The notes under the pieces are model-generated. The model did no database searches. It saw only the letters and a list, made by a program, of their open reading frames with translations, and had not been told where the DNA came from. 64,000 bases of DNA, from positions 3,906,001-3,970,000 of the forward strand of contig CM102288.1 in assembly GCA_046563655.1 (NCBI GenBank), written 5' to 3'. The stretch comes from Yuukianura sp. NJ FZ-2021 (taxonomy: Eukaryota). Shown here one piece after another: positions 49,134-61,659 of this stretch. How positions within the stretch are numbered: position 1 is the first letter of the stretch; the number at the start of each line of letters is the position of its first letter. The translations under genes were made by a program, and so were the position numbers.

Positions 49134-52100
49134 TCAGCGATTTTCACGCGGTGGTTGTAGATGGTGCCCAGGAGCTGGCTGCTGTGAGGCTCCTTGTCCA
49201 GCATATCCATACAACTGTTGTTGTTGTTGCTGACTAGTCACCACACTTCCAGTAGAATTCCGATGATGTTGTTGTTGGTATGCATGGTTTCCTAAAAACA
49301 TAATCAATTACTACGATTAATCAACAAAACCAATTACTTCTTAACTGTTATGCGACGATTTAGTTATAAAAAGCACAACTTTGCAACAAAAATAAACAGA
49401 ACTAAAAAATACCTGAATCATAGTTTGAGTACTTATGAGCCTGAGCGTATCTACCTTGAAGTCCAACATCTTGTTGCTGCTGTTGCTGTTGAGCATGTTG
49501 CAATTGTGCTTGCGTATGTGCTGGAATGGACATCGGTGACCCCTTATTAGTATTAACCGTAATCGTTGGCATGGGCGGAGTTTCTTGTCGACTTGAAGCA
49601 AATCCCAGTCCAAGGCCCAGCGTATTTGTACTCCCAAGAGGCATGGAAAGTCGAGCATTAATCGCTGTGAGCTGCTCTTTGCGTTGACGCAGTGATGCAA
49701 CATGATCTTCCAGTGCTTTGTTATCAGCCTTAAGTTGATTGAGACAAGAGAGGAGTTGGGAAATGTCCAAATGCTGAGCCTGTTCCATCAGAAACTGACT
49801 TCCTTGTTCCCATTGTCTCTCCAGTAGTTCTTCCAGTGTCTGTGGTTGTGCTTTAGTGAGTGTAGTCGATGCCAAGTGACTTCCGATTCCGTTGACCTTT
49901 GACCCTCCAGTGCTACTATGCAGAGAAGATTTGCCTGGAAACGGAATCCCAATGAGTGGAGCCGGAGTGGTAGCGACTGCTTCTAGTTGCGTTTCAGCTC
50001 CTCCTCCAATCGCTTCCATTTCTTGACTTAAAGTGTCCACCATTCGCTGGGCCATGGACGACGCTGGATTTAAAGCGTTTCCAAACATATGTGGAGCTAA
50101 AGATGCACTTTTTTCTGGACTGGCGGTGGCAGCCATTTGAGCTTTGAGTTGAGACATGGTCAGTGGTGGAGCGTCTTCATAGCTCGCTTTCCTGCTTACA
50201 TTTGGACTGTTTTGGACAGAAACGGAAGGAGTTGGAGCTGCCGATGCTTTTCGGGATGTCGGAGTAGTTTGTCTTCCGCTTCTAGCAGAACCATTGTTGT
50301 TTCCAGCATCTTCGTCCAACTTTACACTGTTGCCATCTACGTTGTCTTCGGTTGTCAAACCACTGCCACCGTTGGCCAATCCGCTGTCACGGCGTGCAAA
50401 ATTTGTGGTAAGACTGTTTCCACGTCGACCACGTTTCCCGCCTGGTCCTTTTCCTCGCCCCTCATCCTCTCGACCGCTAAAATTCAAAAACAAGAAACGC
50501 TTTCACAAAAATTTATCAGTTTGTAACACTTTTACATTTAGGGCGGGAAGTTTCGAATCAATTCTGAATGCTGTTTGGCAGTTTAACTAACCCTGGTACT
50601 CCCTTTACACTTGGACGGCCTGGGCCACGTTTCCGATGCGGAAAATCAGTTGGATAGGCCGAGTTTGTGTTCGGGACAAACGGGAAAGTTTGACCTTCCT
50701 TAAGTCCCCCCGGGAAGGGGGACACAAGTACTGTTGGTTGTCCGTGAGGAAGTCTCTCCAGAGACACTGACGGTGACTTTGTTAAATCCCATTGGACCAT
50801 TTCCGTTCCATGCTGAATCGGTGCCAGTGTCATGCGTCTTGGTGATGTTCCAGGAAGGCCGTGCAGTTCAGCATTTGAACGTCGACTGGCCCCATTTTCT
50901 CGTACTGGAGTTGTTCCGCGGGGATTTGACCTTGAAAAACCAGGAGCATCGTCCGGCCATTCTTCAGTGGCACTTTCAGTGTCAGAGTCAAATTGATGTA
51001 GTGGTGGTGGTGCAGTGTTGTGCAGCGACAGACTATTTAATCAATAATCAACGCTTGCATTGCAGTAAATCACAAAATATTATAGTACTTCTACTCAAAA
51101 ACTCAACGGTAACGGTTTAAGAATTCACAAAATGAAATTGACAGCAAAGCACAAGGAATAACCGAACAAGGTTACAATTACCAAAACACAAAACTGTGCA
51201 AGTGCAATGAAACATCGACATGCCACAGCCACAAAAACACTCACAACGTCCAATAACCTAACAAAAATTAGCAAACTAACAAACGAATGGGTTAGGGTTA
51301 GATCAACAAATGCACCAAAAAAAAAGCAATCAGCTGCTGGTGTTAGCTTGAAAAACTTTTATGTTAAAGTTATAAATATTTTTAGCTTTTTAGTAAAAGT
51401 TACACATTTAAAGTGCAGATTTCCATTTCGTGACCTTGCTCTCAAGTTATTAACAACATAAACGTTTTATGTTAGATTCTTTTGACAAGTGCAGTGCAAG
51501 TAGCCATACAACATCCAGAATTGATTCAATATTTCCCCCCGAACAAAATACATCCATAAAATTATAAATTTTTTGTATAAAATAAAAAAAGTCATTCGTG
51601 CGATAGTTCACCAAGATTTTGACAGGAATTTAGAAGAAGTTTACATAAAAAAGACGGAAATCCGAACTTACCGAATTCTCTTTCCGGGTGACGGAGCCTT
51701 TTCAAGCGAAATCGTGGCCATTTCCGTCTCCATTGGATCAGCCGTTCGTGGAAAAGACGGGACAAAAGACCCGGGTGATTTTGAAGATCTGTCTTTGGGC
51801 GGATCATCATTTGGTTTCATTGGAATCGGGGTCAAGGTCACATGTGGAACGATATCTGGAGGAGGTTTGTCAATTCTTGCAGTTCCAGTGTTGTTTGCAT
51901 TGCTGTTGCTAAAAGAATCTCCACTTCCTAGAGATGATGATCCATTTCGTTCAAATTTTGAACTTGGTTGCTTCTCCAGAAGTGGGGGTGAAATGACTTC
52001 TTTCATGGACACCGTGGCTGACACAGCGGCGAGGTCTTTCAGCTTACTCGAAAGTGTGGCTGGAGTAAATGATGATGAAGGTGGCGGTGGCTCGTTGACG

Positions 52101-54090
52101 TTGGACTTGCTCCCACCACCACGGTTTGAGTCGCCTTCCACTTTGGGAGTAATCAGTTCATCTTCAATGGATCTTCCACTCGTCCCGCTAAATGAATGTG
52201 CTTTTCTGGAAATTCCAGAACCTTTGGCAGCCTTGGGCATAATTTCATCGATAGATGGTGACCGTGACTTGCTTCTATTCTTGGGTGGCGGATTTGTATT
52301 GACAGCGTTTGCATTTGAGTTGACAACGGTAGTCGAATAGGACGAAAATCCACTTGACGAAGTAAACAAATTCGACGGTTGAATTTGAATTCTTGGCATC
52401 GAAGTGTTGTTATTGCTATTGTTTGTACTACCATTGCTACTGGCGCTACTGACACTACTTGCCCGACCATGTCCAGATTTCTTGGAAGAACTTTTACTTC
52501 CACCCATTCCTTTTGAAATACTGTCTCCAAGTCCAAGTGTACCAATAGGAGGAGCAGTGGTAACAGAGTCAGCTGAGCTATTGGCATTATTGGTGACAGC
52601 AGTCCCCTTGCCATTTTTCTCCGGAGATGAATTTGGCGACTCAGTACTGTTTCCGCTGGGAATTGGTTTGAATGGTGGAATGATCTTGAGATGTACCGAC
52701 TTTTTCTGAAAATTCAATCAGAATCTATCGTCACTTTGGGCGGACCGCACTCCAACTTGGAGTCGTTTCCTTCTTCAAAGCCGAGAGCTTATGGACTACT
52801 GACTACTGTTTGCTCTGAGTTTAGATTTGCATTTTGATTGCTTACCAATTTGCCGTAATGATACTCGCAGTAGCCACAGTACTTGACATTGTCCATCATG
52901 TTGCCAGCCTCTTCACAGAGAAGACCCAACGCCTGGGCACATGTGACATGAAAGTGCTGCTTACATCCTGGCTTGTTGCACTCCATACATGCTCCAATTC
53001 CGGCTCGGACATCCTTTTTGCTATCTGCCTGTCCCTCGCAGATGTAGCACGTCTTGTTGTAGCGATCTTGTGGAATCAACGATACCAAAATCGGTTCCAT
53101 TGTTGAGACGTTCTCAAAACGAACTTCCGGAATGTAAAGGGCACACACTAACAACAGAAATACAAATCGTAAGGAATCTGAATTTTTAATTGATGACAAT
53201 CAGTCAATATTTAAGATTGGACTAACCAACATGAGCCCAGTTTCCGTTGTCCGTTTTCTTGAAAGCTCCATCTCGACTTGGACAGAGTTCGCAGCGCTGG
53301 AAATAGTTATCAAACTTAGACTATGTCAGTCTTCAGTTTTCAACTTAAACATTGAATGGAAAAGTTACCACACGACCAGAACGTTCGCCCGCTTCACACT
53401 TGCGACAAAACCAAGGCCCCGAAGGAACAGCTACAATCCCGTAGCAAGCTGAAAATGGAGAAAGTAAGGCGGTATTAGGAGTTAATGAAGCCAAACTGGA
53501 ATTATGTTGACGTCAATTAAAGTTAATTGTCCTCCCAGTGAGGTAATCAAACCCTAAGCCTCGTGATCCTAATCATCTTTCCTGGATGAATAGAGGATCC
53601 CTAATAATGAAACTGTGGAAAAACTCTCGCCTGTACCATTAAATGGCACTGTTTGATGACATCCTTATGGGCCGGTACATTTGTACACTCTGGACTTGGA
53701 AATAACGTCAATTTTACCTTGATGAACAGCTACATTGCAGGAAGGACCATCACAGTATACCAGGGGGTTCTCATCCCAACCGCGCTCATCTGCAACCACA
53801 TTACAAAAAATGAACTTGAGAACAGCCTCCATTTTGGTTGTCGTCCGTCATTCCGGGATTTAAACTTCTAAATTTACCTGAACAAACACAGCAACCTCCG
53901 ACCATCTGTGAAGCAACACAATCCAATAATTAGAACACACACTCATAATTCATAGCTTTGCAAGATGGCTTAACATAGAGTAAATTTTTAGCAGAACGAT
54001 ATAAATGATATAAAGAGTGTAATACAAAAATGGAATAGAAAAGCAGTGTAAATCGTTTGAAAATTAAGAATGTAGACTTACTTCCTTCAT
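49134..54090 (-). CDS. MLLT10: AF10/Alhambra (PZP domain, AT-hook-like motif, OM-LZ DOT1L-binding domain), multi-exon
   Basis: Spliced start MKE|MVGGCCVCS|DERGWDENPLVYCDG...ACYGI...GPWFCRKC...VCALYIPEVRF...FHVTCAQALGLLCEE; RKRGPGRP; EELLERQWEQGSQFLMEQ plus leucine zipper. TGA at 49134-49136. Confidence 0.95.
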
Positions 54091-56338
54091 CTCGTATACC
54101 ACATGATTGAGTTTGTTAGATCCGACTTGCTTAACATTACCCCAGAATCATAGTTTTAACCCACCTGGGTATGGGTTTTGGACGTCCTTGTTGATTGTAG
54201 TAGCAAGCACAGATGACGTTGGAGCAGTAGGCAGTACTTCACTATCTATTAATCACGCAAATCAATCAATATCTTTAGGAACTGTTTAAACAAAACACAT
54301 GTTAACATAAACTACATAAGTAAACCGAACTTCTTACCTTTATCTGAAATGCCAGGCAGGTTTTTTAAAGCGGTTGGTCACCCGTTCCAGATTTGTTGGT
54401 ATGCCGGTTCCAAATGTCGCCCACTCCAAAACTGTTGAGTGTATAACTTCCAAATGACAAAGATTAATCGATGAATAAGATTGAAAGACAGGAAGTAAGA
54501 TCAGTCCTTGAATGAGTTGTTTTCGGTATGCAAAAAGGAAGCGGAGAGTATAGCAATAATATCCACTCTACCATACCATACAAAATTCGGAGGAACCAAG
54601 AACCGCCGCAGAAGAGTCCATCTCACACTACACATCAAAACAAGGAAACAGGAACCACCAAATATGAATGTCCAAACCGAATGCTGTCGTTAATCGATTA
54701 ATTAACGCACAATTTACGAAATTTCCATTCCCTAATCCTAATAGAAAGTGCCAGAAAATGTTACGTTCATGTTCCGCATTCGCGGAACCGAATTCCACAA
54801 ATTCGCACATGAGCTTATTACCCTCGTCAATTTACCGTATTTCCTTGCCTATAATGCGCAAGGAGATTACGGTCCAAATGGGTCCAAACAACAATTAACT
54901 TTTAATGGAACTAATTGGAGGAACAATTAAGTTTTACATTCCTCCTTTCCAAGTGACAACAAGAAAACATAAATTACACGTAAGCATAAATTTACAAATA
55001 TTATAAATTAGTAAGTTACTCAAAACACCAGGATTCGTAGCACATGTTGAGGAGAAATTTAGCAGAGGACATCAATTTTGTTTCTAAACAAAAGTTATGC
55101 GTGAAAGTTAATCAAGTTAACTAATGCTTAATTGGACAATCGAGGAAAGTCAACTCAAAGTCAACTTCATAAAATTAAGTCTTAGCGTCTGGTTGGAAGT
55201 GGATGAATTTACAAATTAACAAAATAATTTTAGTTAATTACAATTAAATAACCTAACAAACTGAGTGACTAGAACTCTCGGATTTCCAAGCCAAACAAAA
55301 ATAGTTCCAAGCCTAATCTACACTTTAAGTTCTAATTCTAATACATAAATTAATTCTACATAAATCCTACTAATTCTAATACATAAATTATAATTACTAT
55401 TTAATTAAGCATTTTAGCAAGTCAATTTTTATCGTCGGATAGTAAATCCAACGAAGAAAGTAACTTGCTAACATAAAAAAAAACTTTTCATTTCGAGAAA
55501 CAAAGGGAGTAAACAAATAATAGTAACCATTTCATGAGTTTTGCAATTTTTTTAAACGAAAGACACGTATTTGACTCGAAAACGTTTATATCTAAACAGT
55601 GTTTGTTAAATAACTGACTTTTTAGCCTCATTAAATTAAATCTAGTAAATAATTAACATCCATCATAATAGTTATGTTTCTTACGTTAATAAACTTCTTA
55701 ATTGGTAACAATATTTTTGAACATTCAATCTCGACATGTTTAGGTACACATGATTGTTTGTCCAGCTCACACTGTGCCAATTCCTTTGTTTCTCAAAATT
55801 AAGCGGTTAATCGCACAAGAAAACAATGAAATTCACATTTCTTAGTATTTTGAAAAAATACTCAAGTCGGAATGTTGAAATTCGACAAAGAATTTTCTTA
55901 CAAATCAATTTCACGCGTCTGTTCTGTTCCCGTTTTATCAACAATGCCGTGTGTTCCTTGTTTTGAAAAAATGAAAAAGCTTTTATAGTTAAATGCGTCT
56001 GTAAGCACCGATTTTTTCGTAAGTTTGCGAAATTCTTACAAAAAATGGACAACCAGTTGCCGCTTTCTTAAGTTTTCTCTGTTTAAAAAAAATGGCTGCC
56101 ATTTTTTTTTAAATTTCAAGTGAAAACTTTCAAAAAGGAAAATTCTCAAAATATTTAGGTTTTTTACGTCTCCCAAAAGAAGGAAAAATTCAGCGATCCA
56201 GCCGCACAAAAACAAAAACTTTGAAGTGATCCCTCACATTTTTTCTGACAGTTTTTTAGGAACCTGTCAGGTCAAAGGTTGACAACAGAAAAAATCAGCG
56301 TTGCTCAACAGCGCTTGCGCGCTTTTCAAAAAGTTTCT

Positions 56339-59300
56339 TCATTTCTGTTCATCCTGATCCATCGGCTCTTCATTGTCTTCGTCGTTACTTCGACTGCGAC
56401 GGATTTCATGTGGTGGGCCACTCCCCTCAACATTCATGTTCACTGAAGAGCGACGTCGAGTGGACTTGATTCGTCCCACCACAACTGCCCCACCGTCTGG
56501 CGGTGGGTTCTCTGGGTGGTAACGCATGGACAGAGACGCCATGGCTGATACCGTTTCAATCTCCTCTACCCTGTCATATGGACTTCTGCGTGACATTGCT
56601 GGAGCAGCTTCCAGTGCCGAACAATGGATCAGCGACGTGTATCGCTTGATACATGGCCAGTGTGGTGTTTGAATGGCCGTTGTTCTCAGGAGCGTCTCAA
56701 TCGCTGGACCGCATGGAGGGCGGATCAGCTCTTCTTCTGGAATGGGGGTCACAGGCTCTCCGAGTAAGGCCTTGACCACTTCCTGGGCGGAGTCACAAAT
56801 CGCTGGAAGATCGTAACCACCTTCCAGTGCAAGTACCACCTACACATGTTTAACATTTTCAATACAAAACATTCCGAATTGAAACACTAAAAACCACAAA
56901 TCTCTGATTACCTTTCCACCAGCGAGAGTCATCAACTGTTGTGTCATCCAGCCGAAACATGCTGGGGAGAGTCGATAGCCACCAAGCGGAGGTGGATGTC
57001 CTGAAACACATTTCAAAAAATTAGAAAACTGAAATGTCAAAGGTCAACTCAAGAAGTCCGAAAACTTGAAGTACCGTTAGCTGCATCAAATCCACACGAA
57101 ACGAGAACAATGTCAGGTTGAAAATCTTGCGCAATCGGCATCACAATTGATCGAAATGCTGCCAAATACCTTCAAAAACAAAATCATTCAATTAATTAAA
57201 GTCAAGTATTATTAATAAATTATTTTTTAGAAAAAAACACTAAAACGTAAATCCTCTTACTCCGCGTCTCCCATTGGTGGATTCAGAGATCCACCCCATC
57301 CGATGTTGACATTAAATCCCATTCCATCTTCAACTCCACACTGTTAAAATTTAATTAATTAGCACCTAAAAACGCAACTAAACTCAGTTTACTGTGACGT
57401 GTATCTGGCTGATTACCTCCGTTGGGCCTCCAGTGCCCGGAAAAAAGTTTCCTTCGTCATGTCGATGAATAGAGAGGTAAAGTACGTGTGGATCGTCATA
57501 AAAAATTTGTTGCGTCCCGTTTCCTAAAAATATAAAACAATTAATTTGAAAATATTACAAATTATTCATAGATTTCATTATATTTTTTTTTACCATGATG
57601 AACGTCCCAGTCAACCAACAGAATCTTTTCAAGCTGAAGCTGTGTTCTCAGTTGCCTGGCAGCGATTGCCACGTTGTTGAAAAAGCAAAAACCCATTGCT
57701 TGAATTGGCTCAGCGTGATGACCCGGTGGACGACAAATTGCAAATCCATTGCGCAAGTCACCCGTTGCCACCCTGCAAGTTCAAAAAACCATAAGTATTA
57801 GTTCTCCTAATCGCTTTAAAATATTCAGCGTCACACTCCAGACCAAGTAACTTACCGAAATGATAAGTCCAGTACACATCCTGCGGCCATTCTAGCGGCT
57901 GATGGCGTATGAAGCTCATTCCAAGCCGTATCGCTGTCCACTCCAATTCCGTTGCAGGGGAGACGAACAAGTGACTTGATAGGGAGACTAGATTCTGGAA
58001 ATCGGCTCAACTCCATCCGCTGACGACTCAATGGATTTGTACCTGCAACATTCCAAAAAATCAAAATTTTGAAAACAAAAATCAAAACATAGTGACTCAT
58101 CTCCCACAATTTTGGCAAGCAATGTCAACTTGTCCAGCACGAAAGGTCACGAGGGAATTTAGAATGACTAAAATAGCCGTTTCGCATGCAATTTCCTCAT
58201 ATCGGAAGGCAATTATGCAACTTTCTTTTTTATTACGCCACAAAAAGTTACGACGCCATCAACTCAAGTGTAACGGCAACTTTCCTTCCCCCGCAACTGG
58301 AGAAAGTCACTTTTTCTAGAAAAACCGAAATTGACCTCTGACCTCTGACGTGACTTTCTCCAAATTTCAAACCACTACAGCTATAATTTGTGGTTATCGA
58401 AACAGTAATTTCAAATGAAACCCGCCTACACCACTTTCAAAACCACCGATAAGTTGACATATTTGGGTTCACTTGTCTCAAAATGTTAGACTTTTTTGAA
58501 ATTACCGAAAAGTAGCGTATGTGCTTCACTGTGACAACTTTGAATTTCCTCCAGCGTTGCCTTCCTTGTTCGAATTCTTTCGCACATGTTGATGAGTCCA
58601 GTTTCCTGAAATTCAAAACAAAAATTGAAATATAAAGTTTCAAAATTTTGAAATAGCATGACATACCTGTAAGCGTGCCCAAATACTTTGAAGTCTTCCA
58701 GGATGTTCTGGATGTTGTGAGTTGTCACCACAGAGACACTGATGCTTGAGCATGAGATTGTCAAAGGCCAAGCCAGTTCCATGTGGTTTGCCTTGAGATA
58801 GTGACGGAACAGATCCAGCCGAGGATAAGATTTCGTTTCCAGCGTTAGCAATTGCTCCAATTGCAACCAGCGGACTCCTGCATCAAACAAATATTTATAA
58901 TATTTGTCAATATTTATAATATATCAATAAATATTTATTATAATCCATATTATTGTTGTCACTCACGACAACGCACGACTGAGGGGGCGTGGTCCATGAT
59001 GATGCTGCAAGTGATGGAGTCTGTGTGGAATCGCTGACACAACTGGGCCTGGAATGCTCGTAGTTGTTGACAAATCCTGCGGTTGCTGTTCCGACTTGCT
59101 CAGAAAATGGTCGTGGGCAGCCGTTGTGGCTGATGACTGTTCTGCATCAGCTTCTCCCTCACCCGAATCCTCTTCAACACTCACAGTTCGATTCAAAGAA
59201 CCAATCACCTGACCACGACTCCCCACTCTCGTCAAAACTGTTTGTCGTATATGTTGCCGCAGGAGCTGATGAGCCTGTTGGGCATCGAGGACAGGCTGAG

Positions 59301-61659
59301 CCGAGTTGTTCAAGTTGAGTCCATTCATGAGTCCTGGAGTGGCTCCAGCCGCTGCAGCATTCAGAAGAAGCATTGGATGGCCAAGGGGCAGGGGAGCTGA
59401 CTGGGTTCGACCAAGAGGTCTCCGTGGATCCCTTCGTCCAGCCTCACCCAATGGAATTCCAGCGGCAATGTCTGCTTGTTGGGCTGCAACTGCTGCAGCG
59501 ACTTGCTGTGCTTGTGCTTGTTGGTAGAGAGCCATGAGACCTCCTGATTGGTACAGAGCTTCCAGACTGGAGGGGTCCACTGGACCATAATATGGAAATG
59601 GTAGGACTGGAACGTGAACTGACGAGCCAGGAATTGGGGCTGGAATTGGACACCGAACTTCCGTCTCAGAAACGGCTGCTAGTTTACTCTCCTGAAAAAA
59701 TCAAGATTTTCAAAATTCAAATTTTAAAACAAAATGTTTTTTAAACTTACAGCATTTGGTGGAAGTGGTTTTCCCAGAGAAATGTTGGGAAGTGACGGGC
59801 TAGAGTAGAGTGTAAGATCTGAGACGCTGGTGGAGCCTGGTGGGCCATATGTACCAGCATAGGGAGACCCACCTCCGCCCCCATTACTTCCATCTTCATG
59901 CTGCGGAGTCCTTTCCCCACTGCCTGACCGCGGTGTTCCACCGATGATTCCGTTGATTGGTGGAGAGTTCGGACCCGAATCAGGAGTCGAGCCAGCGCTC
60001 CCACTTCCCTCTGCTGTAATATCAAACAAATCGCTTTCTTCAGTACAAGCTATTTTCAACATCACAGTTGAAACACAATTTTAACAACACTTTTTCTTAG
60101 CAAAACACAACACTTTTGCAAAACATGCAGGAAAAAATGCAAGCTGAAGCAAAGGAAGGTTAGAAAATCAGAACACAGTGTTTAAAACAGCTTTTAGGAT
60201 TTAAACAGTTTTTTAAGTTTTTAAAACAGTTAGACAGATGAGTTCATACTTGCGAGATAGGAGCGTCGCTTGAGATACGTTGACTTGTCACGCCGTCGTA
60301 CGAGTGGACTGCTTCTGCGATCCAGCACTCTTTGCTTGAGTCGCATTTTCAATAAATTCGGTTCAGATGCTGAAGAAGCCAAGAGTTTTTAGTTCACACG
60401 GAAAATAAAAAAAAAACAGAAAAGATTAGTTTTTGTGAAATTTTAAACAAATTTAGATAAAAGAGAGAGAATTTGTAGAAAAGATTTCAGTTTTTAGATC
60501 TAATTTTTAGTAAAAAGAGAAAAATCGAAATTCATGAGCATGCAGAAATCCAGAAGAAGAAAAACTAAAGACTCAACGATCATTTTGTTAACAAAATCAA
60601 AGCTCATATTGAATTTCTGCTACTTTCAATTTTTTTTTGTAGAAAAAGTTCCTACAATTTCAAAATCTTCTAAGTTTTTTTTCGAATCAATAACGGGGTT
60701 TTCGTTTTTGTTTTTTTTTGGCATTGATCACCGTACCCGTTTAAATTTTGAGCAAGGTTAGGTTAATTTTTGCGAAAATAAAAGCCTTGTTGTTTATTTG
60801 CACTGAGAGAGTTTTGGAAGTTGCAAAAACCAAATTGTAAAACTCGGCCCTTTGGATTTTGGCTTAGATTGTACAATTCCGGATGAATCTAGCTAGGTTT
60901 TTCCTTTGTATAGGCTTAGACAAACAGTCATTAATTCAACTCCACACAATTTGCAACCCTAATGAAATGGAGCTTAGCTTCTTCTGAAGAAGCTTCCACC
61001 TAAAACGCAATTACTTTTAAAGCACCATTAAACAAATTAGTCCCACGTAATAATCACTAACTGTCAAAACTCTAAACAGTCCAAAACTATCAACCAATCA
61101 CCCAAAAAACAAAAAATACGCATGCCCATAGAGGACTTTTCTCAAAAACTTCCAATTTCAAAATTTTGAAAAACCAAAGTTCTAAACTTGACCTTAGAGT
61201 TGATGCGAGTTACCTGTTTTCCTCAGTGGAAAGTCCTCATCAAACTTTGGAATGAAGGGGTGACGTCTGTAGGGATGTGAAGGGAACGGCGGTCCACCGT
61301 GACCCCCATGCCCCCCACCACTGTCAAGGTCACCCGTAGCAGCAGCCATTCTAGCTGCCTGGACGACACTCCAAGTGCGGAAGGGCGGAGAAGCGTTGTT
61401 CGGAGGAAGGGCGGGAGAGTGGTTGCCATTGGGGATGGACACAGCGGCAGAATTCAAATTGGAATTGGACTGGGACAGATTTGAATTGGAACCGCCCAGA
61501 GCAGCCGCTTCGCGCTGCTTCTTGTTTAGCAAAAATCCTTGCAATTTCTGTTTCACTTCCGTCGAAGCCACGGCACTCTGTTCATGCTTCTCTTTTTTCT
61601 TCAAAGCTTCCAGTCGATCGCGTTCCTCATCTTGACGCCGCTTGTTCTCCCAAAATTCC
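56339..61659 (-). CDS. HDAC4: Class IIa histone deacetylase (HDAC4/5/7/9-like); upstream exon(s) uncertain or outside the window
   Basis: MEF2-binding [16 protein letters not shown]; 14-3-3-type sites [31 protein letters not shown]; catalytic motifs [37 protein letters not shown]-terminal NES-like [11 protein letters not shown]. Confidence 0.95.

Noticed and set aside
51573..52709. Long plus-strand ORFs opposite AF10 (similar ones lie opposite PLXDC, espin-like and HDAC4)
   Set aside because: They are antisense shadows of Ser/Pro/Thr-rich coding exons with no independent gene signals.
53525..53700. Possible intronic H/ACA snoRNA in AF10 (AGATGA H-like box, ACA about 80 nt from the acceptor)
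   Set aside because: I could not build two convincing hairpins by eye. It needs an Infernal or snoGPS scan.
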